Source: Prochlorococcus sp. MIT 0801 (GTDB taxonomy: Bacteria; Cyanobacteriota; Cyanobacteriia; PCC-6307; Cyanobiaceae). Taken from it: 32,000 nucleotides of DNA. The translations under genes and the position numbers were made by a program. Positions 8,899-16,366 of the stretch are shown one piece after another (the first letter of the stretch is position 1; each line of letters begins with the position of its first letter). Location of the stretch: NCBI RefSeq assembly GCF_000757865.1, contig NZ_CP007754.1, forward strand, positions 1,560,001 to 1,592,000, read 5' to 3'. A model generated the notes under the pieces. It did not search any database. It saw only the letters and a list, made by a program, of their open reading frames with translations, and was not told where the DNA came from.

Positions 8899-9634
8899 CC
8901 AAGTTAAGAAAAACTTTAATGACGCTGCATTAAGTTATGACGAATCAGCATCAATTCAAAAAAGTACTGCTTTAAAACTTGCAAAAATATGTTCTCATCA
9001 TTCAATTAGACATGGACTATGGGTTGACCTTGGTTCTGGCACTGGACTACTTGCTAAATCATTAGAAGATATACATCCAAACCAATCTGTTTTGAGATTG
9101 GATAATTCTAAAAAGATGATTGATCAACATTCAGAAAAGAGTGTTAAACAACTTTGGGATTTAAATGATGGGTTACCTAAGTGGCCTAAAAAACCAAATT
9201 TATTAGCTTCAAGTTTTGTTTTACATTGGCTTGATAATCCACAAAAGAAACTTAAGGAATGGTTCAACTCTCTAAGCTTAAATGGATGGATTGCTTTAGC
9301 AATCCCAATCCAAGGAAGTTTTCCAGAATGGTATGAAGCTGCAGAAAAGGCAAATTTAACATGTACGGCTCTTGATTTACCATCATACGACTCACTGATT
9401 AGAGTCGTTCCGAGACAAAGTATTATATATGATAAAATTGAAGTTATTAAACAAACAGCTAAGAAGGCGACCTCTTTATTAAAACCGATTATCAAGGTCG
9501 GGGCCCAAAGTAGTCAGAAGGAACAACTAAGTGTTTCAGATTGGCGACATCTATTATCTTTTTGGCCAAATTCCAACCAAGATCAACAAGTAAGCCTTAG
9601 TTGGTCAATTCAATTTTTATTAATAAAGCGATGA
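8879..9634 (+). CDS. bioC: Malonyl-ACP O-methyltransferase
   Basis: SAM motif VDLGSGTGLL, typical N-terminal NFNDAALSYDESASIQ, and bio operon context. The track start at 8873 is TTG; the ATG at 8879 is preferred. Overlaps the bioK 3' end by 20 nt. Confidence 0.8.
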   Translation: MQKTWSSQVKKNFNDAALSYDESASIQKSTALKLAKICSHHSIRHGLWVDLGSGTGLLAKSLEDIHPNQSVLRLDNSKKMIDQHSEKSVKQLWDLNDGLPKWPKKPNLLASSFVLHWLDNPQKKLKEWFNSLSLNGWIALAIPIQGSFPEWYEAAEKANLTCTALDLPSYDSLIRVVPRQSIIYDKIEVIKQTAKKATSLLKPIIKVGAQSSQKEQLSVSDWRHLLSFWPNSNQDQQVSLSWSIQFLLIKR

Positions 9635-10281
9635 GTGCTTTCTCAAAAAGAATTATTATTTGTGGTACAGATACAGATGTAGGTAAAACGATAGTTAGTA
9701 GTTTTTTCGTCCAAGGTCTTAAAGGTATCTACTGGAAACCCATTCAAAGTGGAACAGAGGAAGGTACAGATACCAAAACTGTTTGCAATCTCTTAAGTCT
9801 TGAACCTAACCGCTTTCTTTCTGAAAGATATAAATTCAAGGCTCCTGTCTCTCCACATTGGGCGGCCGAACAAGAGTCTGGTTTTATTGAACCAAGCAAT
9901 TTAAAATTACCTTACTTAGATGAATTAATAATCATAGAGACTGCAGGTGGTTTAATGGTTCCTTTAAATCGAGATTGGCTACAAATAGACCAATTAAAGG
10001 TTTGGGGGGCTCCAATAATTCTTGTAGCCAGAACCGGTCTTGGTACTCTCAATCACACCTTGTTAAGTCTAGAAGCCTTGAAAAATAGAAATTTAGATGT
10101 ATTAGGAATAGTATTAAACGGCCCTCCACATAAAGATAATCCTAAGACTCTAGAGCAATTTGGAGATACTAAAATTCTTGCAAGTCTTCCTATCTTTGAC
10201 GAAGTCAACGCAAAAGTACTTTCACGAGAATGGAAAAGACAGCAATTAGACCACAAGCTTAAAAAATACATTCGAAATTAA
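9631..10281 (+). CDS. bioD: Dethiobiotin synthase
   Basis: P-loop ICGTDTDVGKT directly after the start. ATG 9631 overlaps the bioC TGA (ATGA at 9631-9634). The track start at 9601 is a TTG inside bioC. Confidence 0.9.
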   Translation: MSAFSKRIIICGTDTDVGKTIVSSFFVQGLKGIYWKPIQSGTEEGTDTKTVCNLLSLEPNRFLSERYKFKAPVSPHWAAEQESGFIEPSNLKLPYLDELIIIETAGGLMVPLNRDWLQIDQLKVWGAPIILVARTGLGTLNHTLLSLEALKNRNLDVLGIVLNGPPHKDNPKTLEQFGDTKILASLPIFDEVNAKVLSREWKRQQLDHKLKKYIRN

Positions 10282-10332
10282 ATTTTTATTTTTTTCTTAA
10301 TCAAAAGATTATTATGACTTCAATCAAGTTAA

Positions 10333-11658
10333 ATGAAACAAGAGGGAAAACTAAATTGGATGAATGAGACAGAAAATTCAAATCAAACTATTCAGAATCC
10401 TCATATATGGCCACCATTCACACAACTTACATCCTCTAAGCCTCAATTATTGGTTGAGAAAGCCAAAGATGCCCTTTTACTTCCTAAAGACAGAACTCCA
10501 ATAATTGATGGCATAAGTAGCTGGTGGGTCACTCTTCATGGTCATGCAAATGAATATATTGCTAAGGCTATCGCAACTCAAGCAGAACAATTAGAACAAA
10601 TTATCTTTGCAGATTTCACTCATCCTCAAGCTGAGCTACTAGCTAATCGACTTAGTAAATTAACAGGTCTAGAAAAGTTATTCTTTTCAGATAATGGTTC
10701 TACAGCAGTAGAAGTAGCTTTAAAAATGGCTCGTCAATGGTGGAAAAATAAAGGGGACAATAGATCTCAAATCATTGCATTCGAAGGTGCCTACCATGGA
10801 GATACATTCGGAGCTATGGCAGTAGGCGAAAGAAATATATTTAGCGAACCTTTTGATCAAATGCTATTTCCTGTTAGCAGAGTCCCTTGGCCTGAAACAT
10901 GGTGGGGCGATGAAGATTTTGAAAGACGCGAAAAGGAGGTTTTAGAAACTCTTGATCACCTCCTAAAAACACCAACTATTGCTGTAATTCTTGAGCCATT
11001 AGTGCAAGGAGCTGGAGGAATGCGAATGGTTCGTTCAGAATTTTTAGTAGAAGTCGAAAAAAGAATTCGCCATGCAAATTCTCTACTTATCACAGATGAA
11101 GTATTAACTGGCTTTGGAAGGTGTGGAGAACTATTTGCTTTTCAAAGAGCAGGTTTAAAGCCAGACCTTATATCACTCTCAAAAGGATTAACCGGTGGAT
11201 TTCTTCCGATGGGAGTTACTATGTCAAGCAAAAGGATTTCCGAAGGTTTCCTTGGGGAAGATCCAAAGCAAACCTTTTGGCACGGTCATAGTTTCACGGC
11301 GAATCCATTAGGCTGCGCAGCTGCTAATGCCAGCTTAGATCTTTTAGAAAAATCCCCTCAAAAGTATTTAGATTTCGAATCACGTCACCTACCACATCTA
11401 CAAAAAATAGTTAAAGATCCAAGAATTGAATGTCCTAGAATCACAGGAACCATTGCTGCTTTTAATATTAAAATGAAAGGTAATAAAGGGTATTTGAGTT
11501 CAGTTGGAAAAATAATGAAAGCAAGTGCATTGAGGGTTGGTGTTTTCATTAGGCCATTGGGAGATGTAGTTTATCTAATGCCACCACTATGTATCACAGA
11601 CAAAGAATTAGAGAAATGCTATTATGGAATCCAAGAGGGCTTAAATTCTCTATCCTAA
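10333..11658 (+). CDS. bioA: Adenosylmethionine-8-amino-7-oxononanoate aminotransferase
   Basis: HIWPPFTQ N-terminal motif, class-III aminotransferase core, PLP-lysine SLSKGLTGG. The start may be ATG 10333 or ATG 10360. Confidence 0.9.
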   Translation: MKQEGKLNWMNETENSNQTIQNPHIWPPFTQLTSSKPQLLVEKAKDALLLPKDRTPIIDGISSWWVTLHGHANEYIAKAIATQAEQLEQIIFADFTHPQAELLANRLSKLTGLEKLFFSDNGSTAVEVALKMARQWWKNKGDNRSQIIAFEGAYHGDTFGAMAVGERNIFSEPFDQMLFPVSRVPWPETWWGDEDFERREKEVLETLDHLLKTPTIAVILEPLVQGAGGMRMVRSEFLVEVEKRIRHANSLLITDEVLTGFGRCGELFAFQRAGLKPDLISLSKGLTGGFLPMGVTMSSKRISEGFLGEDPKQTFWHGHSFTANPLGCAAANASLDLLEKSPQKYLDFESRHLPHLQKIVKDPRIECPRITGTIAAFNIKMKGNKGYLSSVGKIMKASALRVGVFIRPLGDVVYLMPPLCITDKELEKCYYGIQEGLNSLS

Positions 11659-11717
11659 GATTTTTTCTTGTAAAGACTCTAATCACTTAATTATAAAATT
11701 ATTTCTGAAAATTAAAC

Positions 11718-12158
11718 TTACATTAACCAACTTGGAGTAAAATCCAAGTTTCCACCTCTTAACAAAGCAATAAAAACTCCTAAAGCCAGACTCAAAAAAA
11801 TAGAGGTAATTAAAAGAAGAAGTGAAAACAATTCTCCACCTGATAACGGTCGCCTTACTCCTATCGATTTAGAAAACTGTACAGGTTTTATATTTGTTAA
11901 ATAAGGTTCTTTATTCTGACTCATAAGATAATTGTCTTTCTCTATAGACAAGTCATAGTTTGCCCTTAGGACAGGATCACTTAATAAATCATAAGCCTCA
12001 CAGACATTTTGAAATTGCCTTGTTGCTTCATCACTTGGGAAAGATGTCGTATCCGGGTGAAGCCGCTTACTTAATTGACGGAAAGCTTTTCTGAGCTCTG
12101 CATTATTAGCAGAGGGAGAAACACCCAGCAGTTCGTAACAATTAGAAGAAGGAGTCAA
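11718..12158 (-). CDS. J-domain (DnaJ-like) protein with C-terminal transmembrane anchor
   Basis: CYELLGVSPSANNAELRKAFRQLSKRLHPDT contains the HPD motif. C-terminal hydrophobic stretch LFSLLLLITSIFLSLALGVFIALL. The start codon is TTG (12156-12158), immediately preceded by an in-frame stop. Confidence 0.75.
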   Translation of the reverse strand: MTPSSNCYELLGVSPSANNAELRKAFRQLSKRLHPDTTSFPSDEATRQFQNVCEAYDLLSDPVLRANYDLSIEKDNYLMSQNKEPYLTNIKPVQFSKSIGVRRPLSGGELFSLLLLITSIFLSLALGVFIALLRGGNLDFTPSWLM

Positions 12159-12235
12159 CTAAAAAAAATATGATCTAATAATGTATAGATTTTATCTAAA
12201 TATCTCAGGACTGACTATTTCAAAAACAATTAAAA

Positions 12236-12982
12236 ATGTCTACTGATAAAAAACACAGAGCAGCAAATCATCTCATAATATGGGATGAGCTTAAATGGGT
12301 ACCAAGTGAAAAACAATTAGCTCAATTCATCCATTTGCAAGAGTTACTGAAAGAATGGAATAAGAAGACCAACCTTACTCGTTTAGTCGATGGGGATGAT
12401 TTCTGGACTGCACAAGTCTGCGATAGCTTGTTGCCACTCTATAAAGAACTTCAATATCCAGAAGTTTCTCATAAATATATTGATATTGGTTCTGGCTGTG
12501 GATTTCCTGGCATTGCTATAGCTATAGCAATGCCAAATTCAGATATTACTCTTTTAGATTCTTCAAGTAAAAAAACAACTTTTCTGAAAGAAGTGTCGAA
12601 AGAGATTGGATTGGATTCTCGTATAAAAGTAGTAACCGAACGTGCTGAGAAAGCAGGAAGGGATCCAACCTTTCGAAGTAATTTTGACTATGCCATTGCA
12701 AGAGCAGTTGCTTCTGCAAATGTAGTAGCAGAATATCTCGTGCCTTTTTTAAATACAACAGGTCAAGCGCTCATATTCAAAGGAGGCTGGAGTGAAACAG
12801 AGCAAGAAATACTAAAAAAAGCTTTAGCTGAACTGAATGCAGTGATCCAAAGAACACATGAATTTAAACTCCCTAACAATCGCGGTGTTAGAAATATTAT
12901 TAGGATTAATTCTATTAATAAATGTCCCCATCAATACCCAAGATCAATTGGCAAACCCAAAAAACAGCCTTTAGGTTACTAA
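12236..12982 (+). CDS. rsmG: 16S rRNA (guanine527-N7)-methyltransferase
   Basis: GidB/RsmG pattern: WNKKTNLTRL, IDIGSGCGFPGIAIAIAMP, ARAVA. Confidence 0.9.
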   Translation: MSTDKKHRAANHLIIWDELKWVPSEKQLAQFIHLQELLKEWNKKTNLTRLVDGDDFWTAQVCDSLLPLYKELQYPEVSHKYIDIGSGCGFPGIAIAIAMPNSDITLLDSSSKKTTFLKEVSKEIGLDSRIKVVTERAEKAGRDPTFRSNFDYAIARAVASANVVAEYLVPFLNTTGQALIFKGGWSETEQEILKKALAELNAVIQRTHEFKLPNNRGVRNIIRINSINKCPHQYPRSIGKPKKQPLGY

Positions 12983-14205
12983 ATCCCCCATAATCTGTCC
13001 CTTCTTTCTCCCCCTAATCTATCTTTCAATTTTCTCAGTACAAAAGGTATTTCAGAGCTCCACGGGCTATTAATCAACACTTTTTTCAAGTCATCCTCAC
13101 TCACTTCACAATCCAAGCAATCTGCATTTTCCCCTGGGAACCAATGTCCTCCTCTCCCTAAAAGACCATAACGATCTTTAACGAAGCTTTCCATATTCCA
13201 AGCCTCTAATAAATTATTTAGCCATAACAAAATAGGTATATTAATCTCTCCTGGAGTTTGATCCCAACGGGGGAGTCCTATATTCCAAGTAGTCAACCAT
13301 GACGCTCCAAGCGACTTATACGAGGCATTTATAAGTCGCTTTTCTATGGTATTAATTGCCCCTTGCATGGTCTCCATTTTAGAAATCGCACTTAAATGAA
13401 TATCCAGATCTTCAGGGTTTGAGGCTCCAACACTTAATGTATGAATTCGTTTATCCCTCAAACAAAACAGATCATTAAATTCAATTGGATGCAAAGGACT
13501 ACATAAATCTAAAAGTTTCAATGACGGTGTATGTAAATGGCCTCCTTTATCAGTAGGACTTATAATAAAAACGCCCATATCATTAGCATATGCGGCTTGC
13601 AAAGCTCTTTCGTTTTCCTGACGAATAAAATACCAATGCAAATTAACATAATCAAAAAATCCTGTTTCAATTGTTTTAATTATCAGGTCAACGTTTGCAT
13701 GAGTTGAGAAGCCAACATGACCAATAAGACCATCTTTTTGCCAACGACGAACAATCTGTAGACATCCGTTAGGACGAATAGTCATATCTAAGTGCTCAGG
13801 TAGGTTGATACCATGAATAGCTAATAAATCAATTTTTTTGGAACCTAATCTACTCATACTTAACTCAAGTTCTTGCTCAAATATCACAGGATCATTATTT
13901 GGTGGGACTTTTGTTTGTAATATTCTTTTTGGGTCTTCGATTTGATCGGAGGCCCAGCCTATCTGGCGCTCTGATGTGCCATAATGACGAGCAGTTTCTA
14001 TATGATGCATACCGTTTTTAGCGGCTTGGTTAATTATTTTTTGCAAGTTGTCTTGCTGTTGATTATTGATCTCTTTAGAATCTAAATCCTTCCAGCTTTG
14101 TTGAAAGCGCATCCCTCCCAGAGATAAGACTGGGATCTGAATCTCAGTTCGCCCAAATCTTCTTCTAGGAATTGAATTGTTTTTACTATATTTATTTCTT
14201 GCCAC
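12979..14205 (-). CDS. Long-form aldo/keto reductase family oxidoreductase (408 aa)
   Basis: AKR-like N-terminus RRRFGRTEIQIPVLSLGGMRF, then HIETARHYGTSE and GHVGFSTH. About 90 extra C-terminal residues retain only a CLDC pair (13108-13119). GTG start (14203-14205). Its stop overlaps the rsmG stop. Confidence 0.8.
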   Translation of the reverse strand: MARNKYSKNNSIPRRRFGRTEIQIPVLSLGGMRFQQSWKDLDSKEINNQQQDNLQKIINQAAKNGMHHIETARHYGTSERQIGWASDQIEDPKRILQTKVPPNNDPVIFEQELELSMSRLGSKKIDLLAIHGINLPEHLDMTIRPNGCLQIVRRWQKDGLIGHVGFSTHANVDLIIKTIETGFFDYVNLHWYFIRQENERALQAAYANDMGVFIISPTDKGGHLHTPSLKLLDLCSPLHPIEFNDLFCLRDKRIHTLSVGASNPEDLDIHLSAISKMETMQGAINTIEKRLINASYKSLGASWLTTWNIGLPRWDQTPGEINIPILLWLNNLLEAWNMESFVKDRYGLLGRGGHWFPGENADCLDCEVSEDDLKKVLINSPWSSEIPFVLRKLKDRLGGERRDRLWGI

Positions 14206-14219
14206 TTATATTTTTCAAA

Positions 14220-14639
14220 TCAAGTAACAGGTGGTAACCCTAAATTCCTAAAATTATGATTTTTTATAACTTCCTTCAATTTAATTAAATCTTCAAAAGA
14301 AACCCAATCTATGCAATCAACTGGGCAGGTATCTATGGCCTCTTGTATTAATTCATGACTATCTCCATCTTGCCTAAAAGCTCTTGCTCTACCTTCTTCT
14401 GGCTCCATTGCAAAAGTGTTCGTAGCAACCGAGCTGCAGTATGTACAGCCAATACATTTTCTCTCATCAACCCAAACAGCTTTTTCCCTTAACTTCCCTC
14501 CCAGGGCAGGATCTCTACCACTAAGCTCGAAATCTTCATTATTAGCTGCTTCGAATGCAAGACTTGGATCATAAATACCATTTGAGGACTGATATTCAAT
14601 AGACCTAGTTTCAAAAGCTGCTCTAGGATCAAAAGTCAA
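14220..14639 (-). CDS. Bacterial-type single-cluster [4Fe-4S] ferredoxin, Fed7-like
   Basis: CIGCTYC ... CPVDC cluster ligands in the C-terminal half, preceded by a roughly 60-aa N-terminal extension. TTG start (14637-14639) with an in-frame stop two codons upstream. Lies next to ycf35. Confidence 0.75.
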   Translation of the reverse strand: MTFDPRAAFETRSIEYQSSNGIYDPSLAFEAANNEDFELSGRDPALGGKLREKAVWVDERKCIGCTYCSSVATNTFAMEPEEGRARAFRQDGDSHELIQEAIDTCPVDCIDWVSFEDLIKLKEVIKNHNFRNLGLPPVT

Positions 14640-14654
14640 TTTTCAAAAAAAATC

Positions 14655-15047
14655 TTAGGAATCCCAGCGTGTGACAACTAGTTCTATTGATCCATCTAAA
14701 TTCTGTTTTTGCTCAGATAATTGAAATCCCTCTCTAATTGTTGAATTAAGAACAGTATTAAGAGCATAACGCTGAGTGACTTGAGCTAAAAATCTTTCGA
14801 TTGGTATTGTTTGTTTCCAGAGATCAAGGTCAGTTACTAGTTCATATGATTTTGACCCTTCATTCCAACGAAATCCAATATCTGCACCCTTACTCATCTC
14901 AACAGTAATTTGAGCTTTAACTGTTTGACCTCTATAACCTCTAACCAAATTTTCACCTTCGTTAGGGATATAACCTAAATCAATAAGAGCTTGTTTTAGA
15001 AACTCTTTTTTACGAAGTTGGGTTTTTACAGTGCTGAAATGTGACAT
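14655..15047 (-). CDS. ycf35: Ycf35 / DUF1257-family protein
   Basis: MSHFSTVKTQL N-terminus and about 130 aa, typical of Ycf35. Its ATG overlaps the stop of the upstream ORF (TGATG on the minus strand at 15045-15049). Confidence 0.7.
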   Translation of the reverse strand: MSHFSTVKTQLRKKEFLKQALIDLGYIPNEGENLVRGYRGQTVKAQITVEMSKGADIGFRWNEGSKSYELVTDLDLWKQTIPIERFLAQVTQRYALNTVLNSTIREGFQLSEQKQNLDGSIELVVTRWDS

Positions 15048-15250
15048 CAGTGGATTTCTGCAGAAATAGTCTGTTTTTGAACCTTTTCACGAAGAAAAGT
15101 ATCAGAGGTTGGTTCTCTTCTCTCGACGGTACCTAAAGCATCCTCAAGCTTCTCAGTCAAATCGATACATGCTTCACCAACAAGACCCTCAACGGATTCT
15201 TCAACCCGTCCATCTTGTCGAATTTTAAAACGCAATGTTCGTTGTGGCAT
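15047..15250 (-). CDS. Small DUF2997-like protein (67 aa from ATG 15250)
   Basis: MPQRTLRFKIRQDGRVEESVEGLVGEACIDLTEKLEDALGTVERREPTSD resembles the small partner protein that commonly accompanies DUF1257. The track's longer N-terminus (to 15364) is low-complexity and overlaps the HEAT gene end. Confidence 0.55.
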   Translation of the reverse strand: MPQRTLRFKIRQDGRVEESVEGLVGEACIDLTEKLEDALGTVERREPTSDTFLREKVQKQTISAEIH

Positions 15251-15341
15251 GAAAGATAGAGGCCCTAAGTCACGCATGATATAGAAAAAAACTCTAGAAA
15301 CGCGAATTATTAATGACAACGAATTGTTTTTGTACCAAAAA

Positions 15342-16151
15342 TTAAACCAATTGACCATCATCAATTAATGATTTTAATTTTTTTTGTACCTCTTGACTGT
15401 CCAATTGCTCCAAAGCTGTCCTTGCTTCATACCTGACAGAAGGTTCACGGTCATTCAATAAAACAGAAATGAAAGCCTCTACTATGTGGATTTTGATTTC
15501 CTCACTCAAATGGATGTAAAGGCGACCAAGAGACCAAATACAGTTACTCCTAACGATTGGTTCACCATCAATTTGCAAACTTTCAAGTAATTGATTTGCT
15601 GCTGGTAAAGAGCTTTCTAATGAATTAAGGCCAACCTCTGCTAAAGAACTGGATGCCCAAAGTCGAACAGCAGCAACATCTTTTTTTAATGCATTAATCA
15701 GAGGTTCTAGAACGGGGGCATTTGAATAATTTCCAAGACTCCAAGCAGTAGCTTTTCGCACATAAGCGTTACTATCGAACCTCAGTAAATGCAATAGAAG
15801 ATCGATAGCTTGGGGACAAGGGTTTCTACCTAAAGCATAAACAGCACTCATCCTTACGACAGGAGAGGGTTCATCAAGTAAAGGTACTAACAATGGAAGA
15901 GCTCTGGAATCTCTATGTTCACAAAAGACTCTCAGGCCTTGAAGTCTTTCTTGATTTCCAGATTGAAGCCATTTCAATGCAATATCGCACTTTTTTGATG
16001 AATTCACTAAATCTTCATCAGTTTTATCTAGTTCAAGTTCATCTAAAGTATCTCCAGCTGACTGAGCAGCTAATTCTCTAGCCAAGAGATCAGGGTCTAT
16101 GGCCAAGTTAGCCAAACCTTCTTTACTTAAATTTTGATTTGCATCATTCAT
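15342..16151 (-). CDS. HEAT-repeat (PBS-lyase-like repeat) protein
   Basis: Repeated units of the type D..VR..A..ALG (VVRMSAVYALGRN, AYVRKATAWSLGN, AAVRLWASSSLAE, PIVRSNCIWSLGR, PSVRYEARTALEQ). 269 aa. Confidence 0.75.
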   Translation of the reverse strand: MNDANQNLSKEGLANLAIDPDLLARELAAQSAGDTLDELELDKTDEDLVNSSKKCDIALKWLQSGNQERLQGLRVFCEHRDSRALPLLVPLLDEPSPVVRMSAVYALGRNPCPQAIDLLLHLLRFDSNAYVRKATAWSLGNYSNAPVLEPLINALKKDVAAVRLWASSSLAEVGLNSLESSLPAANQLLESLQIDGEPIVRSNCIWSLGRLYIHLSEEIKIHIVEAFISVLLNDREPSVRYEARTALEQLDSQEVQKKLKSLIDDGQLV

Positions 16152-16175
16152 AGCCCTGACTGAAGAAGAGCAAGA

Positions 16176-16301
16176 TTAGTTAATTGGTGCTGGTGCAAGC
16201 ATATCCCCAGGCAGCCATATCCGAGCGCTGACTGCAAATAAAGCGATACCAAAAAGAGCAACAATTAAAATAGGGAAGAGCGTTGTCCGTAAGAAACCCA
16301 A
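16176..16301 (-). CDS. Candidate 41-aa single-pass membrane peptide (TTG start)
   Basis: The minus-strand frame reads (TTG)GFLRTTLFPILIVALFGIALFAVSARIWLPGDMLAPAPIN then TAA. It has a 19-residue hydrophobic core flanked by Arg, and is locally GC-richer than the flanking spacer. It fills the gap between the symporter and the HEAT gene. An in-frame TGA lies 8 codons upstream, and the only ATG sits at codon 34 (Met34), downstream of the TM core, so the start must be non-ATG. Confidence 0.35.
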   Translation of the reverse strand: MGFLRTTLFPILIVALFGIALFAVSARIWLPGDMLAPAPIN

Positions 16302-16366
16302 GATTGCAAGTGAATTAGAATTTCATTCTGCTCTAAATTTTGACCATTTGGCTATGAAGGGTCAAA

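Noticed and set aside
9124-9495. 123-aa antisense ORF inside bioC
   Set aside because: It is the longest shadow ORF in the window, but it is fully contained in bioC on the opposite strand. The sequence is Leu/Ser/Phe/Cys-rich, as expected from antisense of AT-rich coding DNA, and there is no independent support.
10053-10271. 72-aa antisense ORF inside bioD
   Set aside because: It is a shadow frame of bioD with no motifs.
10314-10367. 17-codon upstream ORF overlapping the bioA start region
   Set aside because: It is short and out of frame with bioA, with nothing to distinguish it from chance in AT-rich DNA. It is kept in mind only as a caveat for choosing the bioA start (10333 vs 10360).
12546-12758. 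70-aa antisense ORF inside rsmG
   Set aside because: It is a shadow frame of a well-supported CDS.
15251-15364. Long N-terminus of the 105-aa ORF upstream of ycf35
   Set aside because: It translates to low-complexity AT-rich sequence (MMMVNWFNFWYKNNSLSLIIRVSRVFFYI) and overlaps the HEAT gene 3' end. The DUF2997-like homology begins at the ATG at 15250.
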